Origin: Candidatus Bathyarchaeota archaeon
GTDB lineage: Archaea; Thermoproteota; Bathyarchaeia; Bathyarchaeales; Bathycorpusculaceae
Assembly (NCBI GenBank): GCA_963833575.1
Contig: CAWHXY010000004.1
Span: 1,024,001 to 1,088,000, forward strand
Length of the DNA: 64,000 bases
Reading direction: 5' to 3'
How positions within the stretch are numbered: position 1 is the first letter of the stretch; each line of letters begins with the position of its first letter. A program made the position numbers and the translations under genes. Under the pieces are notes generated by a model. It ran no database searches. It was not told where the DNA came from and saw nothing but the letters and a program-made list of their open reading frames with translations. This document shows, piece by piece, positions 46,791 through 56,355 of this stretch.

Positions 46791-46886
46791 CTCCAGCCTT
46801 GCTCATTTTAGGAGTTTACTTGGTTTATCAATATTCCCATAAAAACCCCAACCTCGACTAAAATTGGCAAGAGAAATCTAAGTCGG

Positions 46887-47630
46887 TTAAGCAGGACTGG
46901 AACCTTTTGGCTTAAGCCCTGCTTCTTCAACATCCATGTAGAGGAAATTTCCTTCTCGGTAAGGTGAACCGCCGAAATCGACAACTTTGCTTCTTTTGGT
47001 GTACTTGGTGATTTCGATGCGTTGCTTGAACAACGGAGCATCGAGCGAGGTGGAATGGTATTCTCCTGGTTCTCCTGAAACGTCTATTCCTTTGCCTGCT
47101 GGGCCAACTAGGGGCTGCATGTCTTCGATGCATTTTCTATCTATTTCTCTACCCAGCCACTCCTCGGTGAAGTACCTTTGGTCGATGCAGCTTAGGATTG
47201 CTTTAACGCCTGTTGCCTGTTCCATTTCCATGATCCGTTTGCGACGACGATTGCCCGGTATGAGATTAAGAGGTCTATCCCAAAGAGGCATCATAAGCTC
47301 GACGCCTAATTTCTTGCACGCGTCCCGCCATACTCGCCTATGATGTACATTGTCGATATCACCTGTTGCGATGGCTTGAGCACCCTCCTCTTTATGCAAC
47401 CGTTCCAAGGTTCCCATTATATCGTCATAGCGGTTATCCGTAATTTTCACAAACTGGTGGGGCATGCCAAGAGCTTTGACTTGTTGTTCTATAACTTTGA
47501 AACTGTGAAACACATAAGGTTCCATGTAAATGTAAGTGACTAAAGAGGCTACTTCGTGACCCTGCTCAACAACTTTGTGAAGTGCGGTACAGCAATCTTT
47601 TCCTCCGCTCCAATGAACAATGACTTTCAT
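46887..47630 (-). CDS. DUF71/Dph6-like PP-loop ATPase
   Basis: HWSGGKDC, TGDID, PLW, SGEPGEYH, DAPLFK. Confidence 0.85.
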   Translation of the reverse strand: MKVIVHWSGGKDCCTALHKVVEQGHEVASLVTYIYMEPYVFHSFKVIEQQVKALGMPHQFVKITDNRYDDIMGTLERLHKEEGAQAIATGDIDNVHHRRVWRDACKKLGVELMMPLWDRPLNLIPGNRRRKRIMEMEQATGVKAILSCIDQRYFTEEWLGREIDRKCIEDMQPLVGPAGKGIDVSGEPGEYHSTSLDAPLFKQRIEITKYTKRSKVVDFGGSPYREGNFLYMDVEEAGLKPKGSSPA

Positions 47631-47699
47631 TCCAAATCAAACATCCTTGAGGTAATTTTGTGTTTCAGTGAATGTGTTGCTTAAGACGATTAGTTGCAA

Positions 47700-47714
47700 G
47701 TTTATAGCTTTAAC
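47700..47714 (-). promoter_or_regulatory. Second copy of GTTTATAGCTTTAAC
   Basis: Identical to 41971-41985; upstream of the DUF71 gene. Confidence 0.5.
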
Positions 47715-47764
47715 GGAACCCAGCTCCGTCAAGCATTTAATGCTTTTTTTACTGTTTATTTTTG

Positions 47765-48874
47765 TCATTTAAGTATTTGTTTTATTGTTTCTATGAGTTT
47801 TTGGTTGTCTTTGGTTGATCTTATTGTAACTCTGAAGTATTTGTCGTCTAAGCCCATGAAGGTGCAGCAGTCCCGAATTAGAATTTTCTCTTTCGTTAAA
47901 GCTTCTTTAAGTTTGGTTGAGTTAATTTTTCCGTTCGTTATTTTTACAAGCAGAAAGTTCGTTACCGAAGGGTAAACATGTAAGCCTCCAATTTCTTCCA
48001 AGCCTTTAGCAAGCTGGGCTTTTTCTTTGGCGATTGTGGTTTTTGTGTTTTGTATGAATTCCGTGTCATTAAATGCTGCAAGCGTTGCGAAAGCGGCTAA
48101 CCCATTGATGCTCCATGGAAGTCTAACGTTTTCGAGTTTGTCGACGAGTTTATTTGTAGATATTCCATAGCCAAAGCGGATGCCTGCCATACCATAAAAT
48201 TTCGTAACTGAACGAATCACAAAGAGATTTTCATACTCTTTAACCAAGCCAGCGACAGTGTTGTCTTCCCCTTTTTCTGCAAACTCAATATAGTTTTCGT
48301 CAATGCTCAAGACGATGTCTTTTTTTTGGCTGAATTGTAAAAGGTCCAGAATGGATTTTTTGCTGTAGAGAGTTCCTGAAGGGCTGTGTGGGTTGCATAT
48401 GCAAATTATTTTTGTTTCCTTAGTCACTGCCTTTTTAATCCGTTCTATGTCAAGAGCAAAATCTTCCGGGAGCTGGACAAAAATTACTTTGCCGCCAACT
48501 CGCAAAGCTGCCTTCTCGTACTCGGAGAAAGAGGGCACAGGAATTACCGCGTTAAATGTGCTTGGTAAAATCTCGGTTATTGCGTAGATAAGTTCGATTG
48601 AGCCATTGCCTAAAATTATGTTTTCCTCTTCGACCCCGTGTCCTACGTACTGGGCGATTTTTTCTTTGAACTCCACGGGGTTTGGATCAGGATAAAACTT
48701 TATGAACTTGGCACATTGCTTTACGGCTTCTACTGCTTTAGGTGAAGGTCCAAGAAAATTGATTGGGCCGCTGAACTCGAGTACATCTTCAAGTGGAACA
48801 TTATTTTTTCTGCTAAAACCCCAGATGTCCCCTCCATGGCTGACAAACCTGCGTTCTTTACATTTGTCCGACAG
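47765..48874 (-). CDS. cobD: L-threonine-O-3-phosphate decarboxylase (CobD, HisC-like PLP enzyme), CTG start
   Basis: Frame extends 66 codons above the GTG at 48676 and encodes HGG...EFSGPINFLGP...YPDP; NPHSPSG, DENYIEF, RSVTKFYGMAGIRFGY. Confidence 0.85.
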   Translation of the reverse strand: MSDKCKERRFVSHGGDIWGFSRKNNVPLEDVLEFSGPINFLGPSPKAVEAVKQCAKFIKFYPDPNPVEFKEKIAQYVGHGVEEENIILGNGSIELIYAITEILPSTFNAVIPVPSFSEYEKAALRVGGKVIFVQLPEDFALDIERIKKAVTKETKIICICNPHSPSGTLYSKKSILDLLQFSQKKDIVLSIDENYIEFAEKGEDNTVAGLVKEYENLFVIRSVTKFYGMAGIRFGYGISTNKLVDKLENVRLPWSINGLAAFATLAAFNDTEFIQNTKTTIAKEKAQLAKGLEEIGGLHVYPSVTNFLLVKITNGKINSTKLKEALTKEKILIRDCCTFMGLDDKYFRVTIRSTKDNQKLIETIKQILK

Positions 48875-49424
48875 CTTTCTCTTCCTCCGTTATTTTTTTT
48901 ATTTCTTTTTCCACTTGCAGCTCTGCCTTATAGTGAGCGTTGTACAAGTTGACAACCTTGTACAGCCAGTAAATTACTCCAACGCCCAACGTAACAATCG
49001 TAATCAAAACATAGGTTTTTATGAGTATCGTCTGCGGCATAAAAATTCTTTGTGGAAGAGCAGCTGCAAGAAATGCATCTTGATTCCGTTCATGAACCAA
49101 TAAATCCCTAGATAACAAATATACAATGATAAAAACAGGTATTCCCAAAATAATACTGGCAGCCCACATCTTAGAATTCCTCTCTGTAAAATGCTCCGCT
49201 CTTGAAGGTAATTGTTTGCCTTTTCTTTGTAAATAATCAGAAATCTGTTTCTCCATTTCCATGTCATGTTGAAGATGCTTGTTTCTACCCTCAACTAGAC
49301 GGTAAAACATAGGAAAAAAAGCTACGCCGAAAGTGACAACAGCTCCAAGAAACCACATGGAAAACCACACTTTTTTGTCAGCGTAAACTTTACTCTGCAT
49401 ATTTGTTTCCATCTTAGGCATCAA
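48858..49424 (-). CDS. Membrane protein with duplicated DUF4234-like repeat
   Basis: Two V(V/I)T(F/L)GV...Y(R/K)L/V..N.H segments. Confidence 0.6.
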   Translation of the reverse strand: MMPKMETNMQSKVYADKKVWFSMWFLGAVVTFGVAFFPMFYRLVEGRNKHLQHDMEMEKQISDYLQRKGKQLPSRAEHFTERNSKMWAASIILGIPVFIIVYLLSRDLLVHERNQDAFLAAALPQRIFMPQTILIKTYVLITIVTLGVGVIYWLYKVVNLYNAHYKAELQVEKEIKKITEEEKAVGQM

Positions 49425-49479
49425 ACTATCTGATTAACTGCTTACAAGGTTGCAGTGCCAAACTTTATAAGGTCTTCCA

Positions 49480-50196
49480 TTGGCATCTAAAAGTAAAATG
49501 AGCTGGAAGAATATGCTGCTTTCGATAATAATTCCCGTTTACAACGAGGAATTAACGATAGGCAACATCATTGATCGTACAAAAAAAGTTATGCAGCAAA
49601 TAGGCTTAGAGAATGAAATAATTGTTGTTGATGACCACTCCTATGACAAGTCGCTTGAATTGGCGATGCATCGCGGTGTAAAAGTATACACTCTAAAACA
49701 GCATCTAGGCAAAGGCTACGGGTTAAGGGCTGGGTTTGCAAAAGCAAAAGGTGACATAATAGTTACTATAGACTCTGATGGCTCTCACCGCCCTGAAGAA
49801 CTACCTGAAGTGCTAGCTCTTGTTTTGGAAGATAAAGCCGATCTAGTAATCGGGTCAAGGTACATGAACCACAAAAGAGTTGCTGCAAGAAAACTCAACG
49901 CTTTTGGAGTAAAACTCTTCAACTATTTTATTCAATTTTTGACAGGCGTAGCAATAACTGATTCTCAATCAGGCTACCGTGCCATGAAACGTCAAGTCCT
50001 GAAGACTCAAAAGCCAAAGTCAGGCGGATACGAAATAGAATCTGAAATGCTTGTGAAAACAGCTAAACACGGATTTCGAGTGACTGAAGTGCCGATAAGT
50101 TTTGAACAGCGGACCTATGGCAGATCTGGTGTAGATCCACTAATTGATGGGTTCAAAATTTTAATATCAATACTTTCAGCATACATGAGGGCTTAA
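49480..50196 (+). CDS. GT2 polyprenol-phosphate glycosyltransferase (Dpm1-like)
   Basis: IIPVYNEE, VDDHSYD, IDSDGSH, DSQSGYRA; start may be a downstream ATG. Confidence 0.85.
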   Translation: MASKSKMSWKNMLLSIIIPVYNEELTIGNIIDRTKKVMQQIGLENEIIVVDDHSYDKSLELAMHRGVKVYTLKQHLGKGYGLRAGFAKAKGDIIVTIDSDGSHRPEELPEVLALVLEDKADLVIGSRYMNHKRVAARKLNAFGVKLFNYFIQFLTGVAITDSQSGYRAMKRQVLKTQKPKSGGYEIESEMLVKTAKHGFRVTEVPISFEQRTYGRSGVDPLIDGFKILISILSAYMRA

Positions 50197-50200
50197 ACAA

Positions 50201-51205
50201 GTGGCTGACAGTGCATACCCCAAAGTTTCAATCATTGTTGCATCTTACAATAGCCAGCAAACAATAGAGGAATGCCTCAAGTCACTTCTAGCACTGGATT
50301 ATACTAAGGGCTCAATCGAGGTCATTGTGATGGATGGAGGCTCAAAAGACGCGACAGTTAAGATAGCAGAAAAATTCCCAATCGAAGTCGTCTCAATTCG
50401 TCTAAACGCACCCGCCGCCTACAATTACGCCATGAAAATAGTGCAACATCCCATTCTTGGCTTCGTAGATGCAGACGCAAAAGTTGAAGCAGGATGGCTA
50501 AAGCATCTGGTTCCTCACTTGGAAGAGCCTAAAGTAGCAGGGGTTAGCGGTGGCATCGAAACCTGGAACACCGATAATAAGTGGGCAAGAAGCATCGGTT
50601 ACGAACTTAAAAACCGTTACAGACGAATAGGAAAATATGCCGGACGAATAGCCACTATGAACCTGCTGCTAAAAAAAGAGGTTATCGAAGAGGCAGGCGG
50701 ATGGGATGAAAACTTGCCAAGCCAATATGACACCGACTTGGGTTATCGATTAAGCGCCAAAGGCTACAAGATAGCCTACGAACCAAACGCTGTCTGCTAC
50801 CACTACAACAGACCAACTCTCCACGCTTATTATAAGCAGCAGTTGCAATATGGGAAAAACACGCTCAAGCTCTACTTCAAACATGGTGGTTTGGCGAAGG
50901 GCGATGAAATCACTGATTTTGGCATGAACATCCAGCCCGTTCTTCTCTTGGCAGTTATTGTCTTTTCCCTTGTAGGAATTATACCATTGCTCAGACCTTT
51001 ATGGTATGTTTCAGGTTTAATTTTGCTGGCTATGCTCGCTTACTTCATTTACTCAGCCGCCAAACTTGTAATTAAGTTTCATGATAGGGTTGCTTTGCGG
51101 TTTGTGGTGCTTTATTTTGTGAGGGCGTTCGCATGGTTTGTCGGCGCAGTAATAACGGCAGTTCAGTTCTTAAGAGCCAAAGGGAGGAAAAGACCCCATA
51201 AGTAA
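50201..51205 (+). CDS. GT2 glycosyltransferase with C-terminal TM helices
   Basis: VSIIVASYN, DGGSKD, VDAD, GGWDE, QQLQYG. Confidence 0.85.
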   Translation: MADSAYPKVSIIVASYNSQQTIEECLKSLLALDYTKGSIEVIVMDGGSKDATVKIAEKFPIEVVSIRLNAPAAYNYAMKIVQHPILGFVDADAKVEAGWLKHLVPHLEEPKVAGVSGGIETWNTDNKWARSIGYELKNRYRRIGKYAGRIATMNLLLKKEVIEEAGGWDENLPSQYDTDLGYRLSAKGYKIAYEPNAVCYHYNRPTLHAYYKQQLQYGKNTLKLYFKHGGLAKGDEITDFGMNIQPVLLLAVIVFSLVGIIPLLRPLWYVSGLILLAMLAYFIYSAAKLVIKFHDRVALRFVVLYFVRAFAWFVGAVITAVQFLRAKGRKRPHK

Positions 51206-52391
51206 AGTATGCTTCATCTCGCCTGAATATTGGCCATTGTCTGGTGGAACAGGCGCCTACGTTTACTACCTATCCAACCAACTTCTAAAAAATGGCTACA
51301 AAGTTTATGTCGTCACGGGCTCAAACCAAGCCCAAGACATCCAAGTCAACCCTAACCTTGGCGTTTCTTTCCTGAAAACCCCCCGAATGCCAATAATCAA
51401 ATCCTTCATGCTTGCAGCCGCCAGCAACCGCAAACTCCAAAGCGTCCTCAACACGGCAAATGTGGATATTACCCATCCCCAACTGCCCCTCACACCCAAC
51501 TTTGCGGTGCCACCCAGCTTTGGAAAAGCCCTCGTATGCACAGTCCACTCTACATGGAAAGGCGAGGCTGAAGCTATTCGCGGTGAACCCTATTTCCGTC
51601 TAAACGCAAACGAAAAGTTTTTGGTAAGTTTTAACCGGTTTTTGCGTTTCTTTGAAGAAGGCATGCTTAGGCGAGCACGGAAAATCATTGCCGTCAGCCA
51701 CTTCACCAAGTGGGAGTTGACCAATTACTACAAGATTCCAGCAAGCAAGATACAAGTCATCCACAACGGCGTTGACATTAACAAGTTTAAGCCAGCCACC
51801 GACAAACGCAAGGCTAAGACGGAATTAGGCTTTAACCCTGACGACATAGCCATCGTCTCGGTAGGACGGCTTTATGCCCGAAAAGGATTGTTTACCTTAA
51901 TCGAAAGCATTCCAGCCGTTACAAAACGTTTTCCTAACGCTAAATTCATCATTTCAGGAAAAGGACAAAGCGACGAGATGAACAAATTAATCGCTTACGC
52001 AAAGAAACTCGAGGTCAAAGACAACATCGTCTTCACAGGGTACTACCCGGACAAGAAACTGCCAAAACTCTACCAAGCCGCAGACGTTTTTGCGTTCTCC
52101 ACCTTCTATGAACATCATCCCTTCGCCGTTCTAGAAGCACTTGCAACAGGCTTACCTGTAGTGACAACTAAAGTAGGAGGTATCCCTGAAACTATTGACA
52201 ACGGCAAAAACGGCTTTCTTGTGGACACCTTCAATCCAAACCAATTCTCTGATAGAATCTTGTATTTGCTTGAACATCCAGTTGCGGCTGAGGAAATGGG
52301 CACAAAAGCACGCAAAACAGTTGAGCAGCAACTTGACTGGCGCATTGTAGTCAAAGATGCTATGAAAGTCTACGATGAAGTCCTAAGTTAG
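51198..52391 (+). CDS. GT4 glycosyltransferase, probable ATA start
   Basis: KVCFISPEYWP lies upstream of the first TTG; HNGVD, GRL..RKG, LEALATGLPVV. Confidence 0.85.
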   Translation: MSKVCFISPEYWPLSGGTGAYVYYLSNQLLKNGYKVYVVTGSNQAQDIQVNPNLGVSFLKTPRMPIIKSFMLAAASNRKLQSVLNTANVDITHPQLPLTPNFAVPPSFGKALVCTVHSTWKGEAEAIRGEPYFRLNANEKFLVSFNRFLRFFEEGMLRRARKIIAVSHFTKWELTNYYKIPASKIQVIHNGVDINKFKPATDKRKAKTELGFNPDDIAIVSVGRLYARKGLFTLIESIPAVTKRFPNAKFIISGKGQSDEMNKLIAYAKKLEVKDNIVFTGYYPDKKLPKLYQAADVFAFSTFYEHHPFAVLEALATGLPVVTTKVGGIPETIDNGKNGFLVDTFNPNQFSDRILYLLEHPVAAEEMGTKARKTVEQQLDWRIVVKDAMKVYDEVLS

Positions 52392-53356
52392 CCGATTTCT
52401 ACAGGTTTGCCTCGATAAGCTACCGTTACTTTCTGAAACAGTTTAACTATGTCCAGAGAGCAAAAGAAAAATTTTGTTAAGTACTCATGTTGGTAAATCA
52501 TCATTTGCGCTTTTACAGGTAAATCAATCCGCGGTGGCTCAAACCTATGTTCAACCTTGGCAATTGGTAAGCCTTCAACATTGATGTCGTCTTCGCGCAT
52601 GCCTGTTTTGTTTGCAATGTAGCTCAGATAGGTTTCTTTCCAATTCAGTTTCATAACTTTGGCAGCGATTATGTCTACGGCTAATGCGTCGATGCCCGTC
52701 AACATCAGACCCATTTTGACCGGTTTGCCCTTAGTTGGGCCGTTGCCTTCGATGCCTATTCTTGCATCCATAATCGTTAACTTCGGCTTAAACAGAGTGT
52801 AGAGGCGATAAAACACTTCAGGCAAATAGGGATGTAAATAGATGCGTTTGTTGCTGGGCACGCAGCCAAAAAGGTTCTTGATGGCTCCACTGTAAGCCAT
52901 AAACTCATGCGTCTTCATCAAGGGCAAATCTACCACAGCATCGGCGTCCAAGATGGTTTTGGGCAGAAACAAACGCTTCACTGGAGTATTGCCTTGAAAT
53001 TTTACTTCAACAACTTTATCTTCTGATAGATTGATTACGGTTCCGCCTGCTTTTTTGACTGCCGCTTCGGCGCCTGTTTTATCAAACGCTGTCCAGCAGG
53101 GATAATTGAAGCCATTTGATTCGCCCACAATAACCTCGCTGTTTCCATCGCGTAACAAGCCTACGAGTTGCTGCATCAATTCAGGACTTGTAACAACTCC
53201 CGGCAAATATTCTGGGTGACTTAAGTTTGGCTTAATGAAAATCTTGTGTTTTCCGTGTAACCCTGAATTAGCTACAGCTTCCTTTACAATATCGCTTATG
53301 TCTTCTTTTGCTCGGAAAATCTTGACGGTTTTTTGTGGATTAGGCACTTTAGGCAC
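52388..53356 (-). CDS. DUF362-family protein
   Basis: IKPN, GES, LMKTH...GAIKNLFG, EGNGP. Confidence 0.8.
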   Translation of the reverse strand: MPKVPNPQKTVKIFRAKEDISDIVKEAVANSGLHGKHKIFIKPNLSHPEYLPGVVTSPELMQQLVGLLRDGNSEVIVGESNGFNYPCWTAFDKTGAEAAVKKAGGTVINLSEDKVVEVKFQGNTPVKRLFLPKTILDADAVVDLPLMKTHEFMAYSGAIKNLFGCVPSNKRIYLHPYLPEVFYRLYTLFKPKLTIMDARIGIEGNGPTKGKPVKMGLMLTGIDALAVDIIAAKVMKLNWKETYLSYIANKTGMREDDINVEGLPIAKVEHRFEPPRIDLPVKAQMMIYQHEYLTKFFFCSLDIVKLFQKVTVAYRGKPVEIG

Positions 53357-54767
53357 CTTTCACTCCCATAATGCAGCCAGGATCACTATTCAACATATCA
53401 CCATTATGGTATGCTGATGACCGTGCTCTGCAGCCGCCGCAAATAAACTTGTAATCGCATTTTCCGCAGGCCCCCTTGAGGTTCGCCCTGTTTCTGAATG
53501 CATTAAAAAGTGGCGCGTTTAACCATAAATCTTGGAACTTTTCGGTTTTGAGGTTACCGACGTTAACAGGCAAGAAAACACACGGATGAAGGTCCCCCTG
53601 CGGCGACAACGAACAGTATAGCCTTCCTGCTCCGCAACCTCCGATAAAATCAGCAAGCGGAACTGCTTTCTTGGTAACTTTGACTGTTTGCATATGCGCC
53701 ATTGACATAGTTACATCGCCAGTTCCCTGGACTCCCTGGCATTGTATACCTACTCGAGCCAGTTGGGGTGCAGTGGTTAGAATTGTCGTTTTGCAGCCCT
53801 TTGACATTCTTGCAAGCAAATAATGCATCAATTTTTCCCGTTCTTCAGGCGATAGATCTTGTTCATAATGTGTTTTGCCTCTACCGGCTGGAACAAAATT
53901 AAAGTTAGTAAATCTCTCTGCTCCCAATTCTTCCGCTAAGTCAATAATCGCAGGCATTTCCTCAAGATTATTTTTAGTTGCAGTTGTAGCAATGCACACA
54001 CATAAATCCGCTTCAATACAATTCTTCAAACCCGTAACTGCCTGATTAAATGCTCCTGGGACGCCTCGGAATTCATCGTGCGTTTTAGCGCATGCACCGT
54101 CAATACTTATGTCCAAATAATTTACTTTGGCAGCTTTGAGCTTCTGAACCGTTTCTTTGGTTAATAGGGTACCATTTGTGGCAACAGAGATGTAGAGTCC
54201 GCGGTCGGCAGCATATCGTGCGACCTCAAAAAAGTCACTGCGGGTTAAGGGTTCACCGCCTGAAAAAGCAAGAGCTGTGACTCCAGCATCTGCAATCTGG
54301 TCGACAACGTCTTTAGCCTGTTGAGTGGTTAATTCTTCTTCTCTGATTGCGCCACTGTTTGAGTAGCAGTGTTTGCACTTCAAATTACACTTATGAGTAA
54401 AATCCCAAACGATAAGGAAGGGCGCGTACAGCGAGATCGGTTTTTTGATTCCGATATAAGCGAAGCTCTTGGTTAAGTTCATGACTGCTCGTCTTGCATA
54501 TGGGTCTGCCAAGAGCTTCTCAACTTTTTCCCGCTTAAAATTTAAACTTCTCCTCAGAAATTCAACCCAGAAACCAATAATCTGCGAGTAAAGCCCACTG
54601 CACTTTTCGCATTTCTCTTGAGTTTTGCCTGCGTAGTCGTCAAGTGCTGCTTCAAGCACTGTTCTGCCGCATGCAGGGCACTTTTTCAAAGACATTCTCA
54701 GCATTTTTTTTGTCATTGGCAGAGTAATCACTGCATTCCAGAAGCTATCATGACTTAGTAGGCTCAT
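53349..54767 (-). CDS. Radical SAM/SPASM protein with N-terminal CxxC..CxxC extension
   Basis: CPAC..CEKC, APFLIVWDFTHKCNLKCKHCY, GGCGAGRLYC, CGKCDYKFICGGCR. Confidence 0.9.
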   Translation of the reverse strand: MSLLSHDSFWNAVITLPMTKKMLRMSLKKCPACGRTVLEAALDDYAGKTQEKCEKCSGLYSQIIGFWVEFLRRSLNFKREKVEKLLADPYARRAVMNLTKSFAYIGIKKPISLYAPFLIVWDFTHKCNLKCKHCYSNSGAIREEELTTQQAKDVVDQIADAGVTALAFSGGEPLTRSDFFEVARYAADRGLYISVATNGTLLTKETVQKLKAAKVNYLDISIDGACAKTHDEFRGVPGAFNQAVTGLKNCIEADLCVCIATTATKNNLEEMPAIIDLAEELGAERFTNFNFVPAGRGKTHYEQDLSPEEREKLMHYLLARMSKGCKTTILTTAPQLARVGIQCQGVQGTGDVTMSMAHMQTVKVTKKAVPLADFIGGCGAGRLYCSLSPQGDLHPCVFLPVNVGNLKTEKFQDLWLNAPLFNAFRNRANLKGACGKCDYKFICGGCRARSSAYHNGDMLNSDPGCIMGVKGA

Positions 54768-54859
54768 CCAAGATTGTCTCCTGAGGCGGCAACTGGTTTA
54801 CAGTAGGGTGCGAGCGGATGTTAAATATTTCTCTAAAATCCCGTTGTTTGACACTTAGC

Positions 54860-55480
54860 TTAATGCATTCTATTTTGCATTATTTTTTCTGCTATTTCTA
54901 AATCCTTAAGCGTGTTAATGTTTAAGAGCACTTCAACTTCTTCTGTGATTAGGGCGCTTGTTTCGATTTTTCCTTCGCCTTGAATTTTGGCGCCGTTTAC
55001 TATGTTGACTCCTGAAACCGCATACCACTCGCCCATGAATTCGTCGGTGGAGTCTACGGAAAGTCCCAAGGTTTCGCGAGCTTGAATAGGAACGAAAATT
55101 GCGTAGAAATCTTTGCCACAGATTTCAAACTGACTGACGATTTTGTCAAGGAATTTGCCTGTGACGGCTGGAGAATCAGCTGGAACAGTCAATACAGGAC
55201 CCATTAACTCTTCCATTAGTGTTGCCTGCTTGAGGTCGTTGTGGTAGCCTTTGGCGTCAGCGCGTAAAATCTTCCATCCCTTGCTTTGGCAGTGCTTTTC
55301 TGTTTGAGGAGTGTTTGGGCTGGTCACTACATAAAATTCGGAAACGTTTTTAGCGCTGATAACTGCCTCAGCTACCCAATCAATGAGGGGCTTACCGACA
55401 AAGGGCAGAAGCGGCTTCTCTACAGGTGAACTTATCCGTTTGCCCTTTCCGCCAGCCATGATCAATGCAGGCACTTTCAT
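54860..55480 (-). CDS. cobY: Adenosylcobinamide-phosphate guanylyltransferase (archaeal CobY)
   Basis: MAGGKGKR, EKPLL, NINT..DL; coupled to cobS. Confidence 0.85.
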   Translation of the reverse strand: MKVPALIMAGGKGKRISSPVEKPLLPFVGKPLIDWVAEAVISAKNVSEFYVVTSPNTPQTEKHCQSKGWKILRADAKGYHNDLKQATLMEELMGPVLTVPADSPAVTGKFLDKIVSQFEICGKDFYAIFVPIQARETLGLSVDSTDEFMGEWYAVSGVNIVNGAKIQGEGKIETSALITEEVEVLLNINTLKDLEIAEKIMQNRMH

Positions 55481-56316
55481 TTCAGTATCGCCAGCACCGT
55501 CAACACTCCTAGTAAAATAAGCGTAACCGCCCTCGCAACCTCGTTTGTTGCCCCAATAGTGTCGCCTGAAACTCCCCCAAAAACATTTTCCGAAACCTTT
55601 TCCATTACCAAAGCAACTGGAATGCTTACCAGAACAATCGCGATTCCGATTAAACCAAGAATGGGGTTAAGTGAAAAAGCAAAAAAGGGGTAAACAATCA
55701 GAACCGAAAGAGCGTAAGCGATAAGGTTGATTTTCTTTTTGGCTTTTGCCAGAAAAATCGAGCCTAATCCTTTATGGGTGGGTTTTCCTACCCAAACAAT
55801 TGTCACCATTGCTAATTTTGCTGAGACTTCAGCAGCAATTATTGCGCCAAAAGCAAACAGGGGACTTATGAAGAATAAGCCGACAAATGCGGCAAACTCT
55901 ACAGCTATCGCAAGTACGGCGCCTGCATATGTTACTGTCCACGCATGAGCAACCATTTTGCGGTCATGCAGGTTTCCTAAGCCAACTGCGTTGCCTAAAT
56001 CGATTAAACCATCGAAGTGTTGAAGCCCAGTTATTACCAGCAGGAAAGCCACAGTCATGGCAGCAACGGCGAGCTTAGATAAGAAATCCGTCGGTAATGC
56101 AATGACCGAACTTACTAATCCAAGCAAGAACCGGATGACATAGCCTGAACCGACAAAATATGCGGCTGCTAGTACGCCTATTAAGCCACCGATGATAGGG
56201 AAAAGGTAAACGTGCTCAGCTGTGGTGAAGATGAAATCTTCTTTTCCGCCCACAGGAATTATTGTTAGGAAAGATAGCAAATCCCTAAAAGTTTTTATAG
56301 GTTTCACTGGCGACAT
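55477..56316 (-). CDS. cobS: Cobalamin-5'-phosphate synthase
   Basis: FLTIIP, TGLQHFDGLIDLG, FGGVSGDTIGATNE. Confidence 0.92.
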   Translation of the reverse strand: MSPVKPIKTFRDLLSFLTIIPVGGKEDFIFTTAEHVYLFPIIGGLIGVLAAAYFVGSGYVIRFLLGLVSSVIALPTDFLSKLAVAAMTVAFLLVITGLQHFDGLIDLGNAVGLGNLHDRKMVAHAWTVTYAGAVLAIAVEFAAFVGLFFISPLFAFGAIIAAEVSAKLAMVTIVWVGKPTHKGLGSIFLAKAKKKINLIAYALSVLIVYPFFAFSLNPILGLIGIAIVLVSIPVALVMEKVSENVFGGVSGDTIGATNEVARAVTLILLGVLTVLAILK

Positions 56317-56355
56317 ATACCCTACAACTAATCTAAAGAGAATATAGACTTTATC

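Noticed and set aside
48702-49103. 133-aa plus-strand ORF
   Set aside because: Antisense to the extended cobD N-terminus and the DUF4234-like gene
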